A stretch of 64,000 bases of DNA from Catajapyx aquilonaris (lineage: Eukaryota). The stretch is taken from contig KZ538176.1 of the NCBI GenBank assembly GCA_000934665.2, positions 1-64,000 on the forward strand, read 5' to 3'. The position numbers were made by a program, and so were the translations under genes. The notes beneath the pieces were generated by a model. The model did not search any database and had not been told where the DNA came from. It worked only from the letters and a program-made list of their open reading frames with translations. Position 1 is the stretch's first letter. Every line of letters begins with the position of its first letter. Positions 26,294-39,000 of this stretch are shown one piece after another.

Positions 26294-27276
26294 TTTTAAC
26301 CCTTCTCATATTGACCGTTTGAACACATGATAAGTTTATAGTTTGTTTCTATGGAAATGAATTTATAATGGACATTGTCGAAGTGACAATCCTTTGTGAC
26401 AATCCATAAGTAAAGAGGCCATCAAATCTTTGTTTGGTGACCAAAGGTGGTGACCTTATGGTACAGTATAATATGCACCGGTACAGTACTGGTACTCTAC
26501 AAGGGTTTTAGCAATTGTGCACTCTAGAAAGGGGATAAAAACTGCAGTAAAATGGCATAGGAGCAAGTCATGCGGAATGAATCATATAGGAATATTTTAC
26601 GTACATAACACGAGTACATTTCTATAATCATTTACACTGTACATCAAACACATCACAGAAGTTACAAGTACTGAAACACTCTATATTTCACAATTATGCC
26701 AACATTTACAGATTGGTTCCAAATTATGGCATATTATGTACTGTACATAGATGAAGATAATGGAAACATTAAGTAACTTTCTTGTGCGTGTACTAAACCT
26801 ACACGTATAAGTATATACCAAGTACCTGCCACCATTAAAATCCATAACCAGAGAAGAATGTATAAAAATATACAGATTATAAACTTGAGAATATTCCTAC
26901 CACCTCTGCAAAAATACTTTGTCAGTGCCCGTACTACGGAACATCCAGCTAGTTGGAGTGATTCTAAAATGCAGGAGTTCCTTGTCACTGGGGCATGTCA
27001 TGGCACAGTTCCAAATTGAAACACGACTCTCAAAATTCTTTACAAAAAATTATGAAACAGACAGACTAAAATGTTGGGAATGTTCTCTTACTATGTGGCT
27101 GATATGAATGCAACTCATGTCGCGTTGCAGTTGCATGATATTTTAGTTACATCAAATGGAAGATATTATATCTTACAGAATGGTTGCCTGCAATGCCATG
27201 ACCGCAAGGAAGATGTGCATTGTAGACATCCTATTGGACATAACGTATGTGAAGATTGGTACTAAAATTGACACTT

Positions 27277-30200
27277 TTACATCCTTGAACTTTCAATAAT
27301 GGTGGACACTGCAACTCCATTTTGATTCGGATCCTTCCCAGGTTCTGGAGCTGCTACATCCATATCATAGTACAAGCTCTTACTCCGCACCATGCTGTAA
27401 CTGTTGTCAAAAACCAACACATCTGCAAATAATAAACATCATAGCAATACGCTCTGTACCTACAAGTGACACACTCACATTTTCCAGCTTGATGGCAAGT
27501 GATCTCCCCTTCTTCCACGGACAAGTGACTCTCAACTCGCAGGTAAGGAACCACTTCCTCCTCAACATCATTCGATCCGATTCGTACCACAGAGAATCCA
27601 ATGTCATAACTATCTGTTTGGAATGCCCACCTGCAATCAATCATTTATGATCAGTATGCCAGACACACATGCATATTTGCCATAGGTCAGGCACTATTGT
27701 GTACTGACAACCCTGACCTTAGCCTGCTTCCGGCTTCCTTCACGTCCAACTCTACCCTGTGTGTGTCACCTTTGTTGATGCAAGCATTTTTGGGCAATGT
27801 CTTCTGCGGTGTCTGAACCTGCTGCTGGTTCTTCATGTAGTACTCCTTAGGCACCTCTCCACCCATGTTGATATAGGACGAGCAGTAGTTGTCTCCATTC
27901 TTTGGGTCGGTCTTGGTACCTCCCCAGTGCTTTGGGAGCACACTGGCATCCACTGTGTTCAGCAGATCAGGGAGCCACTTGCTGCGGTCAGCAGTGTAGA
28001 TGAATATCTTGTTCGCAGTGTTCTCATGCAGGAAAGGCTTGATTATTGCAAAAGCCAATCCGAAAATGCTGGGAGCTGAAATCACAATTCATGTGCTTAT
28101 ATATCACAAATGCCATACATTCATCTTACCATTAACGACAAACACCTTGTGGAGAATCTCTGGATAGTTGAGCTCATGCACATGAGTAAGAATGACCAGA
28201 AAGTCGATGGCTGCAAAAAATAATAATTAGTGTCATTTATCAATCTGCAACATTACACAGCAGGAAACAGGTTAATTCTTGTTTACAATCAGCACAGAAG
28301 CTAGGCAGAATAATCGCCTAGTACTCCCTGGTCGGAAAAGCTGGCAGCCTGTACAGTAAACTAATTACATCGCATGATGTAGCCATCTGCTGAATCACAC
28401 TGGCATGCAACATATGCATCCTACGTCCCACATATGCTCAATAAAGCAGTCATTCTCCTTCCCTTTGTTTATCTCTTCACTATCTAACCGATTGTATTGT
28501 TATTGAAAAACTCATAAACTTAGCACCAGACATTGCTGCTATTTCTAAAACCCATAAAACTTTGCAATGGACTGGAAAAATGGTCACAAAAATAGACCAA
28601 TCTTACAATAATGCATTCCTGCATATCTTACATCGCAAAATGTGTACATTCACCCTTTCACACATGTGTAATACATGTCTAGGTAGATCAGCCCAGACGC
28701 TATCGAATAATCTCCTGGCGACTCCCAGTCAATTACAAATGTCTATGTATGCGGTCGGATTCTCTCTCCGTAAGTCAACATTAGCGGTCAGGGACCTGAG
28801 CAGTGGTGCGCAAACTGACGCAATTACATACGGCATATCCATTACCTGGTTTCCATAGAGCGTGTCTGAACCCGAATCCTTCCAGATCGAATATAACAGT
28901 GTGCTGGTGTACAGCCTTATTCAATTTCTTCGTCTGCTCTTTCATCAGTACTTTGCTGCGTTCCCAAATATTGCAGACGTACTTAGCACCATCCTCTTTA
29001 GACACAGATTCCAAAGTGCCTTTAATGTCACATCGTCCATAACATATTATCCACACTGAAACAGAACGATTTATAGTTGTCAAAAGTGCGCTGTAGACAG
29101 TAGGAAAGGAATAAAAAAATAACCAAAACTGGTAATCATATACGTTACATCTGTCCTTGAACGTACAATTATCTTATCACGCAATTTCTCCCTTTCGCGA
29201 TCCATGCGAAAGACTACCTGGTTCTTGTGCACACACACACAATAGTTCTAGCTCATAATAGTGTAAATAATTAAGTGTAATTAAATCTTACCTGGTCTAT
29301 CGTCCTTATCGTATCCAGCAAATCCTTTTGGAAAATATTTCTCCAGCACCTCAGGTGCTTTCCAGTTGGCCACATTTTCCATGTCATACTTTGCCCTCCA
29401 TGCCATACTCTGCAAACGGTAAGGTGCAAATACATGTTGGGAAATTCTTATCCGGACAATAATCGGGGGTCGATCCAATAATAAATCCCTGACCATGACT
29501 CCTATTCGACCTTTTGAATACTAAGCTTAGGATCTATTCATACATACGCACGAATTCAAATTTACATTATTGTGACGAAATCATGTGAATTCTATACGCA
29601 TTGTTTTGCTGACTCACCCATTACGTCGTACGATTGTTCAATCAAATTAATAGCACTCGCATAACATGTTAATTGAACAAAAAAAAACAGCAAAACATTT
29701 CATCATTTTTCATGAGGAAAAATACAATTTCCTTCTAGTATTTTCCTCCACAACTTACAGTCAGCAATACCCGAATTTTTGCTTTTTCCCCATCCACTTT
29801 TTTTATGATCTTGTGGGCAACTTCAATATATGCCATGGTCACCAGTTTGGTCATGGGAAATGGCAAAGAAAAAGAATTGAAACCGGTCGTCCTCTTTTCT
29901 TATTCTGTACAGGCGTGTGCAGTAACCTTCGCATGATTTTGTTCTTATGTAAGTGCAGTTACCTCTAATAAAGGTCTTCTAATGTATGTAACAAAAAAAG
30001 TGAGAGATGAAGGCTTTTTGCACATTGCGCAACACTTACCTCTCTCATCATTGCTTCCGCCTTACGAAGATCATAATTACGAGCTGAAATACCAACAAGG
30101 ATCGACATTAATTTAAAGCATTGACACTGAAATTTTGCCGCGAACCGCCACTATTTTAATAGCTGTTGCTAACAATAAGTGCAATTTTTTTTAAAAAATC

Positions 30201-30951
30201 CCCTCAATGTTGTATAATATTAATTTTTTGATAAATTCATTTTAATAAATATTTCCAGCCGATAAATTTCTGAAATCTTTGCCTCCGCGTGGAACTACTT
30301 TACGGTGCACCTTAGCGGATGGATATTTACAAAAAGTCGCAAGTTCGAATGATCCGACTATATTCCGTGCAGGAAAGGGAGGCATCGGACAATTTGACTA
30401 CCATCTGTTCCATACCCCACCCACCTTTTATGCAGCATATTATTCACTTTAAAAAAAAACTCTGGACACGAACTTTTGCATGAGCAGGACCTTACCTCGC
30501 AGCCACCGTATCAGAAAGATGTCATCATGATATGGTTTCAACGCATCCGACACATTGCTCCGAAACTGCAAGAGAATTTGCATACAATCATGTGCGGGCC
30601 TCTCCCGGGGGAACTGATCTATTATTGACATAATAGAGCCGATTGACTCGGGCTAGACAGGCATTGACTAATTCATGCCGGATCGACCTGAACCCGGCGG
30701 CTTCACTTTTTATAAGTCGCAATAGTTTGCATACGAATTAGCATTCTACGAAACCGTCAAATCATGACGCTCAACAATTTCCTAATAATTATGAGCGGTT
30801 GTAAACATGCCAAATAATCATGACCCTACGCGACACCATCCAACAATAAACATGACGTCATTTGTCACAAACATAGCATCGGAACAAGTTGCCAACAAAC
30901 CTTCTCAAGAGCCTCCTTCTGCTGTGGAGTCAGATTGTACACGTTATCCAT
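27277..30951 (-). CDS. SEC14L2-like protein copy J (most canonical), 9 coding exons, ~409 aa
   Basis: Exons 30901-30951, 30496-30565, 30040-30083, 29292-29409, 28846-29055, 28130-28210, 27718-28075, 27479-27630, 27277-27422 splice in frame (1230 nt). Motifs FLIRWLRARNYD, IFDLEGF, NYPEILHKVFVVNAP, LPKHWGG, FDNSYS. Confidence 0.93.
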
Positions 30952-31383
30952 GGCTGCGTAGCAACCCGAGTGTGTCGAAGGGTAGGTCAGTGACGAATCC
31001 TCAGGTAAGAAGTGCGAGAGGCAACAAGGCGCCTATACCAGTGGAGTCCTCGGCGCCTATAACCCGCTTGAAGGCCTTCTGTTGGGTTGACCCTCCCCCT
31101 GCCCACCCTCCCCTCTTTCCCCCTACACCCCGCTTCACCCCCCCCCCCTACCCCCCTAGCCGCGCACTTGCAAGGTCGCACATTCATAACCCTATGTTAT
31201 GGTCCGGCTTGGCTACTATTAAACTGTCCGCTGATATAGTGCAAAAATTCTTGGATTTTATGTAATTAGCAAAACTTTTCCGCAATGTCAGTTCTTTCTG
31301 TTGACGGGTGATGTCATGGTTGCATTTGTTGTATCCTGAAATCCTGAGTAAGGTAGCAGACCTGAAGCTCAAAATATATCTAA

Positions 31384-31558
31384 AAGGTGTTCCTACAGAG
31401 GTAGTCTCCGAGAGGTGTCCCTGCAGGTAGTCCGCAAGAGAGGTGTTCCTGCAGGTAGTCTCCAAGAGGTGTTCCTGCAGGTAGTCTCCACGAGGTGTTC
31501 CTGCATGTAGTCGCCACGAGGTGTTCCTGCATGTAGTCGCCACAAGGTGTTCCTGCAT
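31384..31558. repeat. Minisatellite, ~26-bp unit, ~6.5 copies
   Basis: Unit GAGGTGTTCCTGCA(G/T)GTAGTC(T/G)CCA(A/C). Confidence 0.9.
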
Positions 31559-33071
31559 CAGTAGGATCACCTCTCTTGGAGGCTATTTGCGCTTCAGGTC
31601 TGCTACCACACTTCTGGAAGTGACTGGACACACTGTACTTGTACTGAAACAGTGAAATCATACCAAGTTGATAGTTTTCAGACGCCTTTTTTAATATACA
31701 GACTGCAACAGGCACTTTGCTTCATAATATATAAACTAGGAGGTCTAACATTACCTCCAACACATTCTACCAGTCGCTCACACATGCTTTCCAATCACAC
31801 ATACATACACACATACAAAAAAAAAACATACAGAAGTAATCCTTCCGAATAATGATCACAGAGAACGCCGTACACTGAGACCTCCCAGTACAACACATTA
31901 AAAATTATTCACCTCGTGGACTGTAGGTGATGCTCTTGCGCTTACTTTTCACTTTTCTCTTTTTTGTAACTGCACAGTGGCAAGCCAGAAAAGAAAAAGA
32001 AAAAGAAAAAGCTAGGAACCAAAAATGTCATTGGGTTCGTGTATCTCGCTTCGCCTGAATACGCATCCGACGCTACGTGGCTTGACTTCTTCCTGGCCAT
32101 GCATAAAAATCATTTTTGTCGTAATTCCGTAATTCCTCATACAAACAGATCCAACAGGCGCAAGATTACAGGGCTGATATGAAACCTTGAAAAAAGATGA
32201 GATGGATTTTCACTCCAATGTGGAAGATTAGGATGCAAAAAGGGGTTGTGTCATGGGAAAACTGAAGGATTTACAGCACTAGAAAGCCTGCGTTGGTTTA
32301 ACGCCTGATGGTCTGTTTGTACTTCTACGTATGTGATAACCTACCACACAATACCATTTCTTTAAAATACCTCAGGCTGTATTTTTTCTCGCTACTTAAT
32401 ACGACTAGTTTTCTTCTTCCCCTTTCCTGCCCATTTTGTGTCTTGGTACTTGTAGAAAGAAAACCCTGTCAAAATTTTGGCAATGCAACAACTGTCACCA
32501 GGTTATCACCTGTGGCCTGCACTTTGTGGCTTGCAACCTCAGATCTTTCTCGGCATTCATAATAAATCACCTTGTTACCTTCAGTCAAGGACAGCAGCTA
32601 TGACCAAGGAAAATGGCCGCAGATTTCCATGCAAAGCAGCCAATGCCAACCAATTCTCATACATCTGTCTCTACAGTTGGTTTGGAAAGATTTCCCTATG
32701 CTCAAGATGGCATCATTAGACCTAATGCATGTAGATCCAGGCAGGCCACAGATGATTTCCTGAATTTAATTAAGAGTGGGTTGAGGGGGGGTGAACGCAG
32801 CACTCAATGCAGAGTGACACACCTTTAAAATTCATCTTGCAAGTGCAATCGATCTGACCCAAATACTGACCACTTAAAAACAATCACTGGCATCAATAGC
32901 ACTACACGTGCACACACACGCACACACCCCCTTGTGACCTGACTGTCGCCCTTTTTATCATTGGAGGCGCTTCATTATTTTGTACATAAATAAGCCATAG
33001 ATAGGGGTTGGAAGGGAGAGGGGACAATAAATTAGTGGTCCTGTCAAGATTCATTGGCACTGCCCTCCGGG

Positions 33072-36000
33072 TCACATGGTGTTGTAGACAGGGTTGGGAT
33101 GTCTTGCAGGAGGCTGCTTCAACACCAGCTTGTCCAACGGGTGAGTTTTTCCTTGTTGTTTCCTAACCTTCGTCGGAAGAATGCTCCCTGATGGTGCTGC
33201 GGTTGGTGCTGGTGCTGGTGGGGGAAGATGTGATGGGACTGGTGGGGGAAGATGTGATGGGACTGGTGCAGGGGAGGCAGGTTTCACAGCCGTGGGAGGC
33301 CTTCCACTGCTCCCACTACTGCCGCCACACAACCCCCCTACCCCACTCATCCCGCTCCTTTGGTTTGTACTGTTGTTACGCTCTAAGCGTGGGCAGTGCC
33401 TGTTGCGGTGGTGTTGGTTGTTATTGTTGTTGTTGTTTTCCTGGGGGCGGGAGTACAGTGTTCGTCTGGCAGGGCCTAAGTCCAGGCTAGACTTTCTGGG
33501 GGGAACTGACGGTGCAGGAGGAGGAGAAGGTGGGGAAGCAGCATCGGAAGCAGCCCTGCGTCTCGGCTCCTCCACCACCTCGAACCGGTCCACCAGATTG
33601 CGCACAGATATGTCCTCCAGGGGGTTGGGACTTGCTTTGGGTGATTCAGGTGTTGGCTTAGGAACAGGTTCTGGGTCAGGGATCACTAATTCAGGGATTA
33701 TGGGAGAGGGTTCTACCACTTTTGTGACAGCACCAGATTTGGCCTCAAATTCCTCCCGGAGAGTCCGCACCACACCTGCAGCCTCCACTGCTTCCTTCTG
33801 CTGGCAGGTTGGATGAGCAGGGGTTTCATCCACAGGCCCGCCAGGGTTCAGTGTGGCTATGGTAATGTCTGTTAAAGGCAGATCGTGAATCGACACAGCA
33901 TGTGCTGGGACAAACACGTCAGCCCGGCGCATCTGGAACTCGTGTGAATGGATAGCCGGTGCGGAAGATGCTAGCTTTTGCATTGGTGGGCAGTCGTCTG
34001 GCCTCCGACTGCACAATACTGGTGAGCTGGCATAGTGCCTCCTTGATGGTGCTGTTGTCTTTGCTGGAGACTCTCCCTCACTGGATGATCCTGATCGGGC
34101 ACCACCACTCTTCTCCAACATCTGCTTGGTGCGTCGCACTGTTCCTGGAGTCCATGGAATGGCTTCACGGTCATATGTGAAACCATCGCACTCACCCCGC
34201 TCAGCCACATACTGCATTGGTCGCATGTCATAGGATCCCCATGAACTGTTCCTAGACGGATGATGCTGCCACCTTGGGGCATCGCCTGAACCCCACGAAC
34301 TCTGACGCGAAGGTGCCTCTTCCCCTGCAACACTCAGCACAACTGCACTATCATACGACCCCCAGGAGCTCTGTCTTGATGGACTCTCCCTGTGTGGTGC
34401 AGGGGGTACCTGCCGCCTCTCCTCCCGGTCAAACACCCGGTCCACTTGTGCCGAAAACAAGTCCTTGACAGTATTCTCCTTCTCAGAGTCCCACTTTTGG
34501 CCACTTTTTGCCCGCGACATCACTCGCAGCTCCTCTTCCTCGTCAGCCAGCTCCAGCTCCACCTCCACAATGTCTTCCCCCCCACTACCACTGTCCTCAA
34601 CTGGCGATCCAGGCTTGGACCCATTCTCAAACTGAGTTGCCAAATTGAGCACCAGTCCCTTCCGCTCTGGCAGTGAGTCACGCTGAAGCCTCTTCCCAGA
34701 TGGGGCAGATGCCTTCTGGGACTCAAGTTCACTAACCCTGTCCCGCACGGAGGCTACACCAACCTCCTCTTCGGTGGACACTGCCTCAACAAGAGCAGTG
34801 TTCACACACTCATAGACCACAGGGCTGTCCCCACCATCTAGGCTGCCAGAATCCGAGGGGCAGGATATGTTCAGGACCTGATTCTGGGTGACGCTGTAAG
34901 TCTGGCCATTGCTGCATGGCATACGCAAATGAAGGTTGATGTTCAGCTTCTCGGGCACAGCTTCAGTTGTGACTCCACCAACATTTCGCACTGAATCGGT
35001 AACATCCATATTGATGTGCTCCGCCGACAGAGATGTTTGCGCTGGAAAAAGTACGCATGTGTTACTTGCATTGTCATCAAGGTTTCCCATGAAAATTAAT
35101 GTACCTGAGATTTACAAGTTTAAAAAGGGCATAATCGTATTTGAATCACTGGGTGTTCATATGCTGGAAAATACACACCGATTCTCACCAAATAGGCCTA
35201 TAACCTAGCTTACTAGTTCATTTCATTGATAAGGAACCTTTCGCCTTTCCAGAATATGCATTTTTATTTCCACCACATTCCTCTGGCTAACCTGACCTTC
35301 CACTAACTGCACATGTGCAATAAAAAAACTAATTAGCATCATATACAGTGCAATATCTTGATTAATGAGGAAATAAGCATATTATAAAAACTACAGTACA
35401 GTATTTCCTTCCATTCCTGCTATCATGGCACTACAGTATTTGTGAAGTACAGCTCACCACATTCATAACCCTGGGTAAGTTTTTGTTGTTATTAGTACAT
35501 CTATTACTGGGAATCTCCCGCCTTGAAAATGAATGGCCAACATTATGTGATCAACACAGGTATATCATCATCATGAAAAGAATATTCTACAGGAGAATAA
35601 GCCGGAATGTGCAAGTTTTGCCATTCTTTTTTTAGATTTGAGTATCTAGCAGTAATGCAGATGAATTCATGTTATTGTCGATAAAATGGCATGTGAAAGA
35701 GGGAATGCAGGATACTGATAAACTTGTACTGATTGCTGAAGGCAACATTCCACACTGTATCTAAGAAGCAGTAAGTAAAATTCAGACATTTTTTGGGTCG
35801 AAAAAATTTCCACCATAGAGTCAGCACCTAACGCAATGAAGAAGCTTATGAGGTGATGTAGAAACTTACAAGATGTGTTCTCAGGGAAGAGCATGGCTGC
35901 AGTCTTGTCATCAGGAGACCAAGACTTAGGCCTCCCTCCGGCAAACCCAGGTGTAAGGTACAACCCAAAGGTGGGCTGCATCTTCTCCTGGCCACCTCCC

Positions 36001-39000
36001 CCTGTTTGGTCCTTGTTGGGTTTGGCAGGCTTCTCCTTGTCCGCCTTGTTGACCAGTCCCGGTGACTTAAGGTTGGTCTCTGACTTGGATCGCTGTAGCT
36101 TGTCCCGGTTCTTCATGGCTAGGAGCATCCCTTGGTATATCTCCAGCTGGCGCATGAAGCTGCTGTTTGGCTTTATGCAGCTCCTCTTTCGCTTCACATG
36201 GTCCAGTGCTTGCTGGAGCTCCCAGTTGTACGCCTTCATGGCATATGCTATCACCACTGATGCTGACCTGCTCACTCCCATCTTGCAGTGAACCAGGACC
36301 TTTGACCCATTTGATCTGCAAGCAAGCATATTCATTAGTGTTTATGCAACTGGTAAGCCAAGTGTGTCTGGCAGTTCCTTGTGATTGGTAGATGTCATAC
36401 ATTTGAGAAAACTCCCGAGGCTACACAATAACTCCCTGCAAAGCCAACTCTGTTAGCAGTTACTGGTAAAATTTGTAAACCTATTTTTTCCACTTTTTGT
36501 GGTTTGAAATTTCATTTTATGCTGTATTAAAAGTGAAAAAGCGACAGAAAGCATGTTGCTTTGCAGGAGAAAAGCATTTCCTTGGCACATTGTAAATGCC
36601 ACCTGCACTATAGAAATTAATTTCAGATCTCCCCAGCACCTTTGATCCCCAATCACTTTTGCAGCAAACATTCAAGGCAATCTTATAAACAAGGAAGGCT
36701 TGATTACAAGGTTGAACTACTCACTTGGCCTTATGGATGTAGCGGTAGGTGTCATCCCAGTGCTTGAGAAGTTCAGTCTTTTCATCATCATACACTCTGA
36801 TGTTAAGGTAATTAAATATGCCAGGAAAAAAATTGTCTATTTCTCTGGTGACATTCAGGATGTGACTCACGCTGTAATGTGGGGAAAAAACAATTTATAA
36901 TGCATTTTGTCCAAGATTACAACAAAATGGCAATAAAACTGCTCCATTTTTAAAACAAGGCAATGATATCAGTACGACTAATGCAACATCAGGAAGAAAA
37001 TTTCATGCCATATGAAAACTGCTTTTAACTAGGCACAGTTTGCAACACAATGCCTTAAGTGCATTTAAAACCATTCTAAACTATCGACACATCAATATCT
37101 TACCCATTCCTCTGCAACTCTTCCATGTTGGAAGCATTCCATTCTGAGCCTAGGTACACGTGTTCAAATATCTCAGTGGCGGCGTCCATCTGCCCCAGGA
37201 TGACCAGCATCTCCTGGTCGATGAAAGACTTGTACTCCGCCAGGTCCATGTCCAAGTCCTCCTCCAGACGAGTGCGGATGTACTTCGAGGTCACTTCATC
37301 CAGGTCCACAGACATCATGATTTCTTTAAGTTTGGACCGGATCACCTGCTCCGTCACGTCACGCACTGTCGGTCTGTCAAAAGATGAGCAAGTAAGCAAA
37401 GCTGTCCCCACACACCAGAACATTCTCACTACTCACTTGCTCCGGACTGAGTCTGGAGATGGGGGACGCCGGGACTCCAGGTTGTCCATGGCGTTCCACT
37501 CATTGAGACAGGACTGGTCTGAGCTGATGTGCTGCTCATAGTACTCCACCCACTCATGAGTGAGGCCTCCCATGAAGTAGTTGTACTCTCGGGCTTTGGA
37601 GCTCGCTTTGTGCAAAGTCTGCAGGGCAGACCTGTAGTTGGCAGAAGCAAAAAGAGAATGACACAGTTATTAGTGAGGAAGTCTGAGGCTCTGTATCACT
37701 AGCATAAAGGGGCATGGGAGGAAGCCACAACAGGATCCCCCACCCACCCCCCCAGACCCCTGTAGATTTGGCTAGCAGCCAGATATTACTGGGGCTAATA
37801 CATTCCAAGAAGTGCGAATTCCTTCATTCCCTGCCCAAAGCACGCTATTGTTCTTGACACAACCCAGCTTTTACAAACACGCCAAATGCAATCGGTGCAC
37901 ATCCTGGAATAAAATGTCAGGGTTTCAAAACTTCGATCTTTCCATTTAGGACCTTGGCACTCTTCCACAACAGTTTATGGTCTACAGAACTTCGGAGACT
38001 GCGGTACCATCAATTCTACAATCCAGGACACTGAATCCGAATCGCACACAGCCCTACATTTCACATAAACTATGCTCCTCCAGGCAAATTCTTCAAGAGA
38101 TTTCCGATAACACCATGATGCATATCTATGAGCGATGACCATGAAAAAGCCCACCTACTCGTTATGAAATGTGCAGGAGGAGGAGAAAAAAAGGTTCGTA
38201 GAAGCCACACTGGCCGTTTCCTTCCTCAAAACGTACCACATCCCTCTCAAGCCAGACAGCACGTTTCTCCACATGGCCAGAAACACTTATTTCCATCTTC
38301 ACAGGACCTTTGAGTGCACCCATGGCCGAGTGGAACATGATCTCCAATCCAGTCTGACCAGGAGGGTGCATATCAGACAGCCTGGGGCGCTATTTGGTCT
38401 TCCTTTTGGCCGAAGGACGCTCCAAGATATCATCATCAGATCCTCAAAGACGAGGTCGCCATCTGCCCTGCACGCATTCCTCCACCGGGTGACTCAGTGG
38501 CCATCCTCCGGTGCATTGTTCCCAAAATTCTTCACACGTCAACAACCCTCCCAGACAGTCCTATCGATTTCTCTCTCTCTCTCTCCACCTCTCTTGATGC
38601 TTCAAAGTGCAATATTGGTGCAGATTCCTCTTCCCCAAAATCCTGATTCTATTATGCGCATCCGTAATTCGCGATCCTCTTCTTGCAATCCGAGGCAATG
38701 GCCGTCATGCTCCCGATAATTAAATTGCCCCTCCCTTCCTCTTCTCGCCAATCATTTGCACGAAAGAGCAGGTTTCCTCTAGCTCTTTTTTGCCATTCAA
38801 AATTACCTGAACTCGTTCTAGACAACTGGGCCAGTGAAGTCAAAACCCGCTGGGTTCACACAAGCGTCGTTGTCGTTTAAATCTACCAAACAAAGCTGAT
38901 TGGCTGATTGTATGTATGTTGAGCGCTGATTGGGTGCCCGTAAGCATATGGTACGCTGATTGGCTGCCCGTAAGCATATGGTACGCTGATTGGCTGCCCG

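Noticed and set aside
31384..31558. Repeat array as a CRISPR
   Set aside because: Units abut with no unique spacers; eukaryotic context with no cas genes.
33181..33816. 211-aa plus-strand ORF and other ORFs antisense to ssh
   Set aside because: Shadow of the GC-rich ssh last exon; low complexity with no independent evidence.
33072..35090. 672-aa ORF as a stand-alone gene
   Set aside because: The listed Met is intronic; the acceptor at 35041 joins it in frame to ssh.
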